Notes: a model not told the origin generated them from the sequence alone. 64,000 nucleotides of DNA from Omnitrophica bacterium GWA2_41_15 (GCA_919902675.1 CAKKRH010000001.1:3-64002), one strand, 5' to 3'; positions 42,802 through 53,476 are shown, numbered from the stretch's first letter. Numbers and translations: made by a program.

Positions 42802-43086
42802 ATGGCCGCTAAAACTACACATATAGAGCAGATCGCTTTTTTAAAGAAGATAGAGGGGCAGGTGCGCGGGGTGCAGAAGATGATTGAGGAGGGGCGCTAC
42901 TGCGTGGATATTATTACCCAGGTGCATTCGGTCATTGGCGCGCTTTACCGGGTGGAAGACCAGATACTTAAGAAGCATCTTGACCACTGCGTGGCCAATG
43001 CCCTGAAAGGAAGTTCCGAAAAAGAAAAACAGGAAAAAATCAATGAGATTATGGAGTTGATTTCCAGGTTCAGGAAAACCGGATAA
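42802..43086 (+). CDS. csoR: CsoR/RcnR family metal-sensing repressor
   Basis: RYCVDIITQVHSVIGAL and LDHC give the C-H-C ligand pattern. Confidence 0.8.
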   Translation: MAAKTTHIEQIAFLKKIEGQVRGVQKMIEEGRYCVDIITQVHSVIGALYRVEDQILKKHLDHCVANALKGSSEKEKQEKINEIMELISRFRKTG

Positions 43087-43090
43087 GAAA

Positions 43091-44401
43091 ATGCAAAAGT
43101 CAAAAGTCAAAAGTCAAAATGGCAAGTCAAAAATAAAAATCGGTAAAACAATTCTAACGTGGGGCCTATTAGTGTGGGCATTAATGCTTGGAGTTGGAAT
43201 TAACGCCGTTTATCCGCAAGATGAGGTATTGAATTTAGATATGCTGATCAAGGAGGCCGAGGCCAATAATCCCGAAATCCTGGCCGCCAAGAAGCGCTTG
43301 GAGGCGGCTAAGGCCCGCATTCCCCAGGCCAAGGCCTGGGAAGACCCTAAAGTCGGTATCTCTGTAGAAAAGATACCCAAGGGAAGCCTAAAATTAGACC
43401 GGACCATGGCTGAGGACAGGATGCTTTCGGTGTCTCAAGCCTTTCCTTTATCCGGGAGGCTTTCTCTGAAAGGTAAGATTGCGGTGGTTGAATCCCAGAT
43501 ATCCGCCAGCGAATATAAAGGAATAGAGCTTGAGGTCATTAATGAAGTGAAAAAGGCCTATTATAGCCTGTTTCTGAATTATGAGGAGAGCGAGTTAAAG
43601 AAAAACAGCGTCCAACTGCTTGAAGATTCCTCCCGGGTCGCCGAAGCCAAGTACGGCTTGGGCAAGCTTGGGCAGGGTGAGGTTCTGAAACTGCATTTAG
43701 AGATAGCCAGGATGAATAATGATATAGCCAGCCTTAAAGAGGAAAGAAAGGCCCAAGAGACTGAATTAAATACCTTGTTAAACCGGCCCGCGCAGGCGCC
43801 CCTGGGATTGTTTGTCTTAGAAGAAGACGCATCCTTTAAGGCGGATATGGAGGCCTTTTATCAGCTGGCCCTTAAAAACCAGCCGGAACTATCAACCTTT
43901 GCTTATGCCATAGAGAAAAATCAATACGCTAAGAAGCTGGCTAAGAGGAGCGCATTCCCGGATTTGATGGCCGAGATAGGCTTGAGGGGGATAACTGCCG
44001 GGGGCATAGGCCCCTGGGATTTGGCTATGGCAATAAGCTTGCCTTTTTGGTTCTGGACCAAACAGCGCTATGAGATAAAAGAGGCGGTATTTAATCTGGA
44101 GGAGGCTAAGAGCGCCTATGAGGCGATGCGCAATAAGATGTTTGCCCAGGTGAGGGATATTGTCAGTAAAATAGAGATTGCCAAAAATAAAATGAACCTC
44201 TCTAAAACCAATCTTATGCCCATATTAGAAAGTTCTATCTCTTCATCCCTGGCCGCCTTTAGGGCGGGAAGATATGATTTTATGATGCTGATAGATAACG
44301 AAAGGATGTATATTGAGGCCAAGTTGGACTATTACCGCGCGCTGGCGGAATATCACATCAATCTGGCGGACTTGGAAAGGGCTACAGGAGGAAAAATATG
44401 A
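43091..44401 (+). CDS. TolC/CusC-type outer membrane efflux protein
   Basis: 436 aa with duplicated OEP-type coiled-coil repeats. The N-terminus MQKSKVKSQNGKSK is encoded by a (CAAAAGT)n heptad array at 43094-43121. Confidence 0.8.
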   Translation: MQKSKVKSQNGKSKIKIGKTILTWGLLVWALMLGVGINAVYPQDEVLNLDMLIKEAEANNPEILAAKKRLEAAKARIPQAKAWEDPKVGISVEKIPKGSLKLDRTMAEDRMLSVSQAFPLSGRLSLKGKIAVVESQISASEYKGIELEVINEVKKAYYSLFLNYEESELKKNSVQLLEDSSRVAEAKYGLGKLGQGEVLKLHLEIARMNNDIASLKEERKAQETELNTLLNRPAQAPLGLFVLEEDASFKADMEAFYQLALKNQPELSTFAYAIEKNQYAKKLAKRSAFPDLMAEIGLRGITAGGIGPWDLAMAISLPFWFWTKQRYEIKEAVFNLEEAKSAYEAMRNKMFAQVRDIVSKIEIAKNKMNLSKTNLMPILESSISSSLAAFRAGRYDFMMLIDNERMYIEAKLDYYRALAEYHINLADLERATGGKI

Positions 44402-45648
44402 TACCGAGGATTTTCTTTATAATATCTTTATCATTTCTCATTTCTAATTTCTCATTCTTCATTCCTTATTCTTTTTCCCAGCACGAAGCTCATCAAAAGC
44501 AGGAGAAGCCGGTATATTACTGCCCGATGCATCCTTCCTATACCTCGGATAAACCCGGAGACTGCCCTATTTGCAATATGAAACTTGTTCTTAAAGAGGA
44601 GGTTCGGGAAAAGGCCAAGGAAGATTCTTCTCTAACAGCTAAAGGCGGATTAAGCCCGGCTAAGGAAAAGGATTTGCAGGAGGTCTGTGTTGAACACAAC
44701 TGCACGATGGAAGGCTGTCCGATGCATGTGCGGGTGAATATCAAGCCCGGAGAAAGGCTGATTTGTCCGGTCTGCGGTGAGGTGATTTCTACAGCCGCGG
44801 GTAAGGTGGTAGAAATCGGCAAGGCCTCGGTAAGGCCGTTTCGTCCGGTAATGGTCAGCGCTAAAAAACAGCAGTTAATCGGGGTCCGGACCGAGGAAGT
44901 TAAAAGAATGCCTTTATCTAAAACTATCCGGGCCGCCGGCAGGATAGCCTATGATCCGGAGCTGGCTATTGCCCAGGAGGAATTTATCCAGGCCTTAAAA
45001 AATGAAGAAAATCTAAAAAGTTCATCGCTCGCGGAAAGGGCCGAGAGCCTGACCGGGGCCTCCCGGCGCAGGCTTAAGCTTTTAGGGATGAGTGATGAAC
45101 AGATTGATACAATTAAAGAAAAAAAGAGCGCCCAAACTAACCTTTATCTGCCGGAGAAAGGGGAAAACCTTTGGGCTTATTTATCTATTTATGAATATGA
45201 GATAGGCATGATTAAAATAGGCCTACCGGTGGAGATTGAGGCGGTGGCCTATCCGGGAGAGATGTTTAAGGGAGAAGTAGTGGCTATAAGCCCGGTCCTG
45301 GATGCCGTAAGCCGCACCAATCAAGCGCGGGTGGAGATTAAAGACCCGGCAGGTAAACTTAAGCCGGAGATGTTTGTTAATGCCCAAATCCAGGCGGACT
45401 TAGGCGTAAAAATAGCGCTTAAGGATTCCGCGGTCATTGATACCGGATTAAGGAAGATTGTCTATTTGTCTTTAGAGGATGATACCCTGGAGGCCAGGGA
45501 GGTGCGCCTGGGCCAGAAGGTAGAGGATTATTATGAGGTCCTTGAGGGTTTAGAGGAAGGGGATATTGTGGTAACCAGCGGTAATTTCCTGATTGATTCG
45601 GAGAGTAAACTCAAGTCGGCATTAGAGGGCGCACAGCATAAACATTAA
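44398..45648 (+). CDS. RND efflux periplasmic adaptor (CusB-like) with N-terminal metal-binding zinc-ribbon modules
   Basis: YYCPMHPSYTSDKPGDCPICNMKL and CPMH...CPVCG modules, followed by HlyD/MFP barrel-sandwich sequence. Confidence 0.8.
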   Translation: MIPRIFFIISLSFLISNFSFFIPYSFSQHEAHQKQEKPVYYCPMHPSYTSDKPGDCPICNMKLVLKEEVREKAKEDSSLTAKGGLSPAKEKDLQEVCVEHNCTMEGCPMHVRVNIKPGERLICPVCGEVISTAAGKVVEIGKASVRPFRPVMVSAKKQQLIGVRTEEVKRMPLSKTIRAAGRIAYDPELAIAQEEFIQALKNEENLKSSSLAERAESLTGASRRRLKLLGMSDEQIDTIKEKKSAQTNLYLPEKGENLWAYLSIYEYEIGMIKIGLPVEIEAVAYPGEMFKGEVVAISPVLDAVSRTNQARVEIKDPAGKLKPEMFVNAQIQADLGVKIALKDSAVIDTGLRKIVYLSLEDDTLEAREVRLGQKVEDYYEVLEGLEEGDIVVTSGNFLIDSESKLKSALEGAQHKH

Positions 45649-48600
45649 TGAGAAGCTTTATTGAAAAGGTCATAGAATATTGCGCCAGGAATAAGTTTAT
45701 TGTCTTTATTCTGGCAACAGCCGCGGTCCTGGCCGGGGTTTTGGCTTTAAAGAGCCTGCCTTTGGATGCCCTGCCTGACCTTTCAGATACCCAGGTAATC
45801 ATTTATTCCCGTTGGGACCGCTCCCCGGATATCCTGGAGGACCAGGTAACCTATCCGATAGTAACCGCCTTATTGGGCGCGCCTAAGGTCAAGGCCATCC
45901 GGGGATTTTCGGATTTCGGCTATTCCTATGTGTATGTCATTTTCCAGGATGGAACCGATATCTATTGGGCCAGGAGCCGGGTCTTAGAGTATCTTTCTAA
46001 AATCACCTCTCGTCTTCCCGAGGGGGTGCGCACGGAATTGGGCCCGGATGCCACTGGTGTGGGCTGGGTCTTTCAATACGCCTTGGTGGATGAAACCGGC
46101 CAGAACTCTTTAGCTGACCTGCGCACTTTCCAGGATTGGTACCTGCGTTATTACCTGCAAAGCGTTCCGGGCGTGGCGGAGGTAGCCACTGTGGGCGGGT
46201 TCCTCCGGCAGTATCAGGTTAATATTGACCCCAACAAACTCCTGATTTACAACATTCCCATTACCGAGGTGGCAGAGGCCATTCGTAAAGGCAATAATGA
46301 TGTGGGCGGCCGGTTATTGGAATTTTCCGGGACTGAATATATGGTTCGGGGCCGGGGCTATGCCAAATCGGTTAAAGACCTGGAAGAAATTGTAGTAGGA
46401 GTGGATGCCAAAAGTGGAATTCCTATTTTGGTAAAGAATATCGCCAGCGTTTCCTTAGGCCCGGATATCCGCCGGGGAGTGGCGGAATTAGACGGCAAAG
46501 GGGACTGCGTAGGCGGGATTGTGGTAATGCGCCACGGTGAAAGCGCCTTAGCAGTGATTAAAAGAGTCAAAGAAAAACTGAAAGAAATAGAGCCGGCGCT
46601 GCCTGCCGGAGTAAAGATTGTTACCGCCTATGACCGCACTGAGTTGATCAATAAATCAATTGATACTATCAGTGAGGTCTTGATTGAGGATTTCCTGATT
46701 GTCGGGGCGATGATTATCTTTTTCCTCCTGCATATTCCCTCGGCAATGATGCCGATAATACTTCTCCCCGCGGGAGCCTTGATTGCCTTTATCCCGATGC
46801 TGGGGATGCGCCTGACTGTGAATATTATGTCCATAATGGGCATAGTCCTGGCTATCGGGGATATGGTGGATGTGGGGGTGGTTTTGGTTGAAAATGTCCA
46901 TTCCAAGTTATGCGACCTGCGGGACGGGAAAATCAGCGGTGAGCGCGCTCAAATTATGATTGAGGCGATGAAAGAGGTGGGCCCGCCGATATTTTCATCG
47001 CTGATGGTTACGGTTATCGGTTTTCTTCCCCTTTTTAGTTTGGTCGGCCAGGAAGGCCGGCTCTTTCGGCCAATGGCCGCGACCCAGATATTTTCGGTTT
47101 TCTTCGGGGCAGTGCTTTCAATTACTTTGATCCCGGCCTTGATTATGGTATTTTTGCGTAAGACTAAACCCCGATCATTGGAGGAACATTTTGCCTCGCG
47201 TTTCTTAACCAAATGCCATAAAAGAGTTCTTGCCTGGGCATTCAGGGGGCGTAAGGCGGTGATTTTGATATTAATTGTCCTCCTGGCTGTAACTGTCCCG
47301 GTTTTTATGAAATTAGGCTCGGAGTTTATGCCGCCTTTATACGAAGGAAGTATTCTTTATATGCCTACTACACTTCCGGGGCTGTCGGTTACCGAGGCCT
47401 CTAAACTGCTCCAGGCCCAGGATAAGATCTTAAAGAGTTTCCCGGAGGTAGAAAGGGTCTTTGGTAAGGCTGGACGGGCCGAGACCTCTACTGACCCGGC
47501 TCCTTTTTCAATGATGGAGACCACGGTAATACTTAAACCAAAAAGTGAGTGGAGAAAGGTTCCGCTGTTTGGGAAAACTCTGCCTTTTCTTAAACGGCCG
47601 ATGAGCTTTGAAGAGTTGACTTCCGATATGGATGCCCAAATGCAGTTTCCCGGCTCAACCAATGCCTGGACTATGCCGATTAAGGCCCGGATTGATATGT
47701 TGACTACCGGGGTGCGCACCCCGGTAGGGATAAAAATCTTCGGCGCGGACTTAAAAGAGATTGAGAAGACCGGCGAGCATATTGAAATGGTTTTAAAAGA
47801 TGTCCCGGGCACCCGTAGTATCTACGCCGAGCGCACTGCCGGAGGATACTTTGTGGATTTTGACTTAAAGCGGGAGCAGTTGGCCCGTTACGGCTTGAGC
47901 ATAGAGGAAGCCGAAATGGTGATAATGTCGGCAGTGGGGGGAGAAAATATCACTACTATCATTGCCGGCCGGGAGCGCTATCCGGTAAACCTGCGTTATG
48001 CCCGGGAACTGCGCGATGACTTGGATAAGTTAAGGCGGGTGTTAGTCCCCACCAAAAGCGGAGCCCAGGTGCCTTTAGAGCAATTGGCGGATATCAAGGT
48101 AAGCTTAGGCCCGTCAATGATCCGCAATGAAAATGGGATGCTTTCCGGATATGTCTATGTGGATATGGCCGGCCGGGACATTGGCAGTTATGTCAAGGAT
48201 GCCAAAAAGGCGGTGCGGGAAAAGGTGAAACTGCCTCCCGGATATTCCCTGGCCTGGAGCGGGCAGTATGAATATATGGAGCGGGTCCGGCAAAGATTGA
48301 CTATTTTTATTCCGGCCACACTTTTGATTATTTTTCTTTTATATTATTTTAATTTCAAGTCGGTTATTTCCACGGTTTTTATTATGCTGGCGATGCCTTT
48401 TACCGCTATTGGAGCGGCCTGGAGCATCAGGCTTTTGGGTTTTAATAAATCCATCGCCGTCTATGCCGGGATGATGGAGGTTATCGGCATAGGCGCGGCC
48501 TTATGCGCTCTTGTTGTTACCTTTATTACCGCCGCCTATGACAAACGCAAAAATGAGGGTAAAATTAAGGCTAAAGAAGATATTTACGCGGCCATTATCG

Positions 48601-48827
48601 AAGGGGCTTCCCGGGCCCTTCGTCCGGCAATGATGACCTGCTCCGCGGATATCCTGGGGCTTATGCCGGCAATGTGGGCCAGCGGCATCGGCGGGGAGTT
48701 CTTAAAGCGTTATACCACCCCAATAATTTTTGGGCTGGTTACGGCCTTAGCCTTATCTTTGATTGTGATACCGGTTTTTTATGTAATCTGGAAGGTGGAT
48801 TTCGCGAGGAGAGATGTTAATGGCTAA
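45648..48827 (+). CDS. cusA: CusA/CzcA family heavy-metal efflux RND pump
   Basis: 1059 aa with a 12-TM RND architecture and N-terminus IEKVIEYCARNKFIVF...LPDLSDTQVII, typical of the HME-RND family. Confidence 0.9.
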   Translation: MRSFIEKVIEYCARNKFIVFILATAAVLAGVLALKSLPLDALPDLSDTQVIIYSRWDRSPDILEDQVTYPIVTALLGAPKVKAIRGFSDFGYSYVYVIFQDGTDIYWARSRVLEYLSKITSRLPEGVRTELGPDATGVGWVFQYALVDETGQNSLADLRTFQDWYLRYYLQSVPGVAEVATVGGFLRQYQVNIDPNKLLIYNIPITEVAEAIRKGNNDVGGRLLEFSGTEYMVRGRGYAKSVKDLEEIVVGVDAKSGIPILVKNIASVSLGPDIRRGVAELDGKGDCVGGIVVMRHGESALAVIKRVKEKLKEIEPALPAGVKIVTAYDRTELINKSIDTISEVLIEDFLIVGAMIIFFLLHIPSAMMPIILLPAGALIAFIPMLGMRLTVNIMSIMGIVLAIGDMVDVGVVLVENVHSKLCDLRDGKISGERAQIMIEAMKEVGPPIFSSLMVTVIGFLPLFSLVGQEGRLFRPMAATQIFSVFFGAVLSITLIPALIMVFLRKTKPRSLEEHFASRFLTKCHKRVLAWAFRGRKAVILILIVLLAVTVPVFMKLGSEFMPPLYEGSILYMPTTLPGLSVTEASKLLQAQDKILKSFPEVERVFGKAGRAETSTDPAPFSMMETTVILKPKSEWRKVPLFGKTLPFLKRPMSFEELTSDMDAQMQFPGSTNAWTMPIKARIDMLTTGVRTPVGIKIFGADLKEIEKTGEHIEMVLKDVPGTRSIYAERTAGGYFVDFDLKREQLARYGLSIEEAEMVIMSAVGGENITTIIAGRERYPVNLRYARELRDDLDKLRRVLVPTKSGAQVPLEQLADIKVSLGPSMIRNENGMLSGYVYVDMAGRDIGSYVKDAKKAVREKVKLPPGYSLAWSGQYEYMERVRQRLTIFIPATLLIIFLLYYFNFKSVISTVFIMLAMPFTAIGAAWSIRLLGFNKSIAVYAGMMEVIGIGAALCALVVTFITAAYDKRKNEGKIKAKEDIYAAIIEGASRALRPAMMTCSADILGLMPAMWASGIGGEFLKRYTTPIIFGLVTALALSLIVIPVFYVIWKVDFARRDVNG

Positions 48828-51528
48828 GGAGTGGTGGCATCTTAATATTAATGAGACAGCGCAAGCCTTAGGAGCGAATTCGTCTCTTGGGTTGGCAGCA
48901 TCTGAGGCTCAGACAAGGCTTCAGAAATTCGGCCCTAATCAACTGAAAGAGAAAAAGCCGATAAGCCCTTTGAGTATTTTCTTAAGCCAATTTCAGAATT
49001 TTATTGTCTGGATTTTAATTGCCGCGGCTTTGGTTTCCGGATTTCTTAAGGAATGGGTTGACGCGTGTGCCATTATTGTTATTGTTATTCTTAATGCTAT
49101 CTTAGGTTTTGTTCAGGAATACCGGGCGGAAAAGTCGCTTGCCGCGTTAAAAAAATTATCTTCGCCGGCTTCGAAGGTTATCAGGGACGGCCAGCACAAC
49201 ATTATTGCCTCGCAGGAGCTTGTTCCGGGAGATTTGATTGCCTTGGAGGCTGGGGATAATGTGCCGGCAGACAGCCGCATGGTCTGGCTTACGGCTAATT
49301 TTTCGGCCCAAGAGGCCAGCCTCACAGGAGAATCTACGCCGGTAGCAAAGATAAATGCTTCGTTAGAAGAAAAAGAAATCCCTCTGGCAGAGCGCGCCAA
49401 TATGGTCTATATGGGGACTTCAGTTGCCGCGGGTAAAGCCAGGGCGCTGGTTTGTGAAACCGGCATGCGGACAGAATTAGGCAAAATCGCCGGGATGATT
49501 CAGGATGTCCAGGAAGAGACCACGCCATTACAGAAAAAGTTAGAGGAGTTCGGGAAATGGATAGTTTACTTGTGTTTTATCCTGGTAGGCCTGGTATTTC
49601 TGTTAGAGTGGCTGCGCGGCGGAAAACTTATTGAGGTATTTCTTACCGCGGTAAGCCTGGCAGTCGCGGCTATACCCGAAGGGCTTCCAGCGGTAGTAAC
49701 CATTGCCTTAGCTCTTGGGGTTCAGCGGATGGTCAGGCGTCATACCCTTATTCGAAAACTGCCTTCAGTTGAAACCTTAGGCTGCACCACAGTGATTTGC
49801 TCGGATAAGACAGGCACGCTTACCAAGAATGAAATGACGGTGCAGGCGGTTTCCGCGGACAGCGCCTTATTTAAGGTAACCGGTGTCGGTTATGAACCAA
49901 AGGGAGAATTTTTATTTAATGAAAAGGCGGTGAATACGGCTGATTATCCCGGCTTACATACGGCGTTACGTTGCGCGGTATTGTGTAACGGCGCGGAACT
50001 ACAAAAGAATAATGGCAATTATAAAATTGTCGGTGACCCTACCGAAGGAGCGCTTTTGAGCGCGGCCGCGAAAGCCGGTTTATGGAAAGAAAAGCTTGAA
50101 GAAGAGTTTCCTTTCGCGCAAGAAATCCCTTTTGACTCAGAGCGCAAGAAAATGACCATCGTGCGAAAAGATAAAGAAAGGTTAGTTGCCTTTGTTAAAG
50201 GAGCTCCGGATATTTTGCTTGGTGATTGCGTGGCAATTGAAGAAAAAGGCAGCGTGCGCGCGCTTACCGAAGAGGATAGGAAAAAAATACTTTCCGTAAA
50301 CAGTGATTTGGCTGACTCCGCGCTGAGGGTTTTGGCAGTTGCCTATCGCAGGCTGGATACGCCGCCGCGAGCTTATGAGGCAGCGCTTATTGAGCGTGAG
50401 CTTACCTTCGCCGGATTGATTGCCATGATTGATCCTCCGAGAGAAGAAGTGAAAAAAGCGATTGCCGAATGCGCGCTGGCAGGGATAAAAAGCGTGATGA
50501 TTACCGGTGACCACAAGAATACCGCGGTAGCCATTGCTAAAGAATTAGGGTTCTTTAAAGAGGGTTCTTTGGCTTTGACCGGAGAAGAATTGGACAGGCT
50601 CAGTGATGAGCAGTTTGCCCAGGTGGTAGAGAGGATTCCTGTGTATGCCAGGGTTTCTCCTGAACATAAACTACGTATTGTCAGGGCCTGGCGCTCAAAA
50701 GGCGAAATCGCGGCCATGACCGGTGACGGCGTCAACGATGCCCCGGCGGTTAAAGAGGCGGACATTGGGGTGGCAATGGGGATTACCGGGACCGATGTAA
50801 CCAAAGAAGTATCGGATATGGTGATTACCGACGATAATTTTGCTTCAATCGTGGCGGCGGTAGAAGAGGGAAGGGGTATCTACGACAACATTAAGAAATT
50901 CGTGCACTATCTTTTATCCTGTAATGCCGGGGAAATACTGGTGATGTTTGTTTCTTCGCTGGTGGGGCTTCCTGTCCCGCTTTTACCTATCCATATCCTT
51001 TGGATTAACCTGGTTACCGACGGTTTTCCTGCCTTAGCCTTAGGAATTGATCCCGTAAGCCCGAATATTATGCAGAGGACTCCTCGTAAAATCAATGAAA
51101 AGGTGGTTACTAAACAGAGGGCATTTTTGATGCTCGCGCAAGGAGCGTTTATTGCCTTTTGCAGTTTATTGGCCTTTACCTTTGTGCTGTTTATTGAAAA
51201 AGAAGGCATTGAGCGGGCGCGCACCGCGGCATTCATTGTCCTTTCTTGTTCGCAACTATTCCATTCCTATAATTGCCGCAGTATCAGCGTATCATTGTTT
51301 AAAATAGGGATATTCACCAATAAAAAGCTTATCCTGGCCACCGGAGTATCGTTCTTCCTGCAGATGGCGGTGGTTTATGTTCCGTTCTTGCAGAAGGTAT
51401 TTAAAACCGAGGCCTTGGGTATATTTGATTGGGTTTTAGTGGTCGGCATTTCATCGTTTCCGCTTTGGGCGATGGAGGTAGTAAAGCTTATCAATAAAAA
51501 GAAAGATTTCTTAAAGGGGCTTTATTGA
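48814..51528 (+). CDS. P2-type (SERCA/PMCA-like) cation-transporting ATPase
   Basis: CSDKTGTLT, PEGLPAVVT, TGDGVNDAPA and a Cation_ATPase_N-like N-terminus. No HMA domain or CPx motif. 14-nt overlap with cusA. Confidence 0.85.
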   Translation: MLMAKEWWHLNINETAQALGANSSLGLAASEAQTRLQKFGPNQLKEKKPISPLSIFLSQFQNFIVWILIAAALVSGFLKEWVDACAIIVIVILNAILGFVQEYRAEKSLAALKKLSSPASKVIRDGQHNIIASQELVPGDLIALEAGDNVPADSRMVWLTANFSAQEASLTGESTPVAKINASLEEKEIPLAERANMVYMGTSVAAGKARALVCETGMRTELGKIAGMIQDVQEETTPLQKKLEEFGKWIVYLCFILVGLVFLLEWLRGGKLIEVFLTAVSLAVAAIPEGLPAVVTIALALGVQRMVRRHTLIRKLPSVETLGCTTVICSDKTGTLTKNEMTVQAVSADSALFKVTGVGYEPKGEFLFNEKAVNTADYPGLHTALRCAVLCNGAELQKNNGNYKIVGDPTEGALLSAAAKAGLWKEKLEEEFPFAQEIPFDSERKKMTIVRKDKERLVAFVKGAPDILLGDCVAIEEKGSVRALTEEDRKKILSVNSDLADSALRVLAVAYRRLDTPPRAYEAALIERELTFAGLIAMIDPPREEVKKAIAECALAGIKSVMITGDHKNTAVAIAKELGFFKEGSLALTGEELDRLSDEQFAQVVERIPVYARVSPEHKLRIVRAWRSKGEIAAMTGDGVNDAPAVKEADIGVAMGITGTDVTKEVSDMVITDDNFASIVAAVEEGRGIYDNIKKFVHYLLSCNAGEILVMFVSSLVGLPVPLLPIHILWINLVTDGFPALALGIDPVSPNIMQRTPRKINEKVVTKQRAFLMLAQGAFIAFCSLLAFTFVLFIEKEGIERARTAAFIVLSCSQLFHSYNCRSISVSLFKIGIFTNKKLILATGVSFFLQMAVVYVPFLQKVFKTEALGIFDWVLVVGISSFPLWAMEVVKLINKKKDFLKGLY

Positions 51529-51556
51529 ATAAAACCAAGAAATTGAGCGGGCATCT

Positions 51557-52852
51557 ATGATGAGTTTCACAGAAACAAAAACAATCGCGCTTTTAATCTT
51601 TATCACCGCGTATATCCTTTTTGTTTTCTTACCAAAGAAAAGAACGCTTATTGCTGTTATAGGCGCCTTGCTTTTGGTTTTGTTAGGGGTGATGAGCCCT
51701 AAGGAGGCATTTTTTGCCATTAATTGGAATGTGATGGGGATATTTGTAGGGACATTGGTAGTCGCGGATATTTTTATGGAAAGCCGCGTTCCCGCCTATA
51801 TCGCGGAGATAATCGTGGATAAGGCCAAGAATACCGCCTGGTCTATACTTCTGATTTGCGCGCTTGCCGGTTTTATCTCGGCGTTTGTGGAAAACGTGGC
51901 CACGGTCTTGATTGTCGCGCCTATCGCCTTATCCTTAGCCAAAAAACTAAAAATAAACCCGGCTAATATGATGATAGCTATTGCTATTTCCAGTAACTTG
52001 CAGGGATGCGCGACCTTAATCGGTGACCCACCCAGCATGCTCTTGGGCGGTTTTGCCAAGATGACCTTTTGGGATTTCTTTCTTTATAAAGGACGGCCCA
52101 GTATCTTTTTCGCGGTGGAGTTAGGGGCCATCACTTCTTTTTTTGTGTTATATTTTATTTTTAGGAACCTTAAGGAAAAAACTAAGCTTGTTCCGGTTGA
52201 AAAAGTGCGCTCATGGGTTCCTACAATACTTTTAGTAAGCCTCGTTGTCTTGCTGGCGCTGTCTTCTTTTCTTGACACGGGCTTTTCCTATGCCGCGGGC
52301 ATTATTTGTATGGTGTTTGGCATAATCGCAATCTTATGGGAAAAATTTATCAATAAGGGTTCTGTTATTGAGGGAATAAAGTCTTTGGACTGGGAAACTA
52401 CCTTGTTTTTAGCAGGGATTTTCATTTTGGTAGGCAGTATCAGTTCAACCGGATGGATTGAGGCTATCTCCGGTTTCCTCTCCGGGCAGATAGGGGAAAA
52501 TATATTCTTAGGCTATACCGTGATAGTCTTTATTTCAGTTTTACTTTCGGCTTTTATTGACAATGTTCCGTTTTTGGCGGCAATGCTGCCGGTGGCGGTA
52601 TCAATGTCCAATAAGCTTGGAATCAATCCATCGCTCTTTCTTTTTGGCCTGCTTATCGGAGCGAGCTTAGGTGGGAATATTACTCCAATTGGGGCATCAG
52701 CCAATATTGTTGCCTGCGGCCTGCTGAAAAAAGAAGGCTATGAGGTAAAATTTTCTCATTTTGTAAAAATAGGACTGCCTTTTACCCTGGCGGCAGTTAT
52801 CCCGGCTTATCTTTTGATATGGTTTGTTTGGAGCTCCCGCCTCGTAAGATAA
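51557..52852 (+). CDS. ArsB/NhaD (CitMHS/SLC13-like) permease
   Basis: 431-aa polytopic protein with internal duplication and motifs such as FVENVATVLIV and IDNVPF. Confidence 0.55.
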   Translation: MMSFTETKTIALLIFITAYILFVFLPKKRTLIAVIGALLLVLLGVMSPKEAFFAINWNVMGIFVGTLVVADIFMESRVPAYIAEIIVDKAKNTAWSILLICALAGFISAFVENVATVLIVAPIALSLAKKLKINPANMMIAIAISSNLQGCATLIGDPPSMLLGGFAKMTFWDFFLYKGRPSIFFAVELGAITSFFVLYFIFRNLKEKTKLVPVEKVRSWVPTILLVSLVVLLALSSFLDTGFSYAAGIICMVFGIIAILWEKFINKGSVIEGIKSLDWETTLFLAGIFILVGSISSTGWIEAISGFLSGQIGENIFLGYTVIVFISVLLSAFIDNVPFLAAMLPVAVSMSNKLGINPSLFLFGLLIGASLGGNITPIGASANIVACGLLKKEGYEVKFSHFVKIGLPFTLAAVIPAYLLIWFVWSSRLVR

Positions 52853-52924
52853 GGCAAAATTTTCTTCGATAAGTCCCTTCCTTAATTGGTACAGGAAGGA
52901 CTATCCTCTGGATAATTTTGCCTT
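52851..52924. other. composite hairpin after permease stop
   Basis: AAGGCAAAATT (52851-61) pairs with AATTTTGCCTT (52914-24). An inner GTCCCTTCCT/AGGAAGGAC hairpin is present. Confidence 0.5.
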
Positions 52925-52956
52925 ACTCGGCGGGATTAATTCGCAGACGCTTCGCT

Positions 52957-52993
52957 ATAACTTATATCGCACTTTTCGTGCGATATAAGTTAT
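52957..52993. promoter_or_regulatory. perfect 16-bp inverted repeat (N5 spacer) upstream of DUF1622 gene
   Basis: ATAACTTATATCGCAC ttttc GTGCGATATAAGTTAT, ending 23 nt before ATG 53017. Confidence 0.5.
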
Positions 52994-53016
52994 CTGCTCA
53001 TTAAGGAGGAAATAAA

Positions 53017-53352
53017 ATGGACATTTTCCATGCCCTTATTAATGCCATAGCTTTTAGTTTAAACATTATTGGCGCTTTAATTGTTCTGCGGGGCGTGGTA
53101 ATCGCGTTAGGAGAATTCTTAAAAAAAGAATTCTCCGGGAAAAAAGATGTCGTCGGGCTTCATGAGTCTATCCGTATTACCTTAGGCAGCTATCTGGTGT
53201 TGGCGTTAGAGTTTTTTATTGCCGGCGATATTATCAAAACCATTATTACTCCTACATGGGAAAGCTTGGCTGTCCTGGGGGCGATAGTGGTGATCAGGAC
53301 GATATTGAGTTATTTTCTAACTAAGGAGGTGAGAAAATATGGCGTGCAATAG
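53017..53352 (+). CDS. DUF1622-like small membrane protein
   Basis: 111 aa. LALEFFIAGDIIKTI and IVVIRTILSYFL match the remembered DUF1622 pattern. Confidence 0.5.
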   Translation: MDIFHALINAIAFSLNIIGALIVLRGVVIALGEFLKKEFSGKKDVVGLHESIRITLGSYLVLALEFFIAGDIIKTIITPTWESLAVLGAIVVIRTILSYFLTKEVRKYGVQ

Positions 53353-53405
53353 TATACGTTGGATGATCAGACCTGTGGCCCATTGCAAAGAGGGCTGTTA
53401 GCTTT

Positions 53406-53458
53406 GCCTCGCCATCCGTTAAATATGTCAATGTTTACGGATGGCGGGGCTGTTTTTT
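53406..53458 (+). terminator. intrinsic terminator
   Basis: GCCTCGCCATCCGT (53406-19) pairs with ACGGATGGCGGGGC (53437-50). The 14-bp stem has one G-U pair and is followed by TGTTTTTT. Confidence 0.7.
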
Positions 53459-53476
53459 AAAATAAGGAGGAGAGAG

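Noticed and set aside
48814-51528. P-type ATPase in the cus operon considered as a second copper pump
   Set aside because: It has no HMA domain and no CPC/CPH motif. It has PEGLP and a P2-type N-terminus, so it is called a P2-type cation ATPase with unknown substrate.
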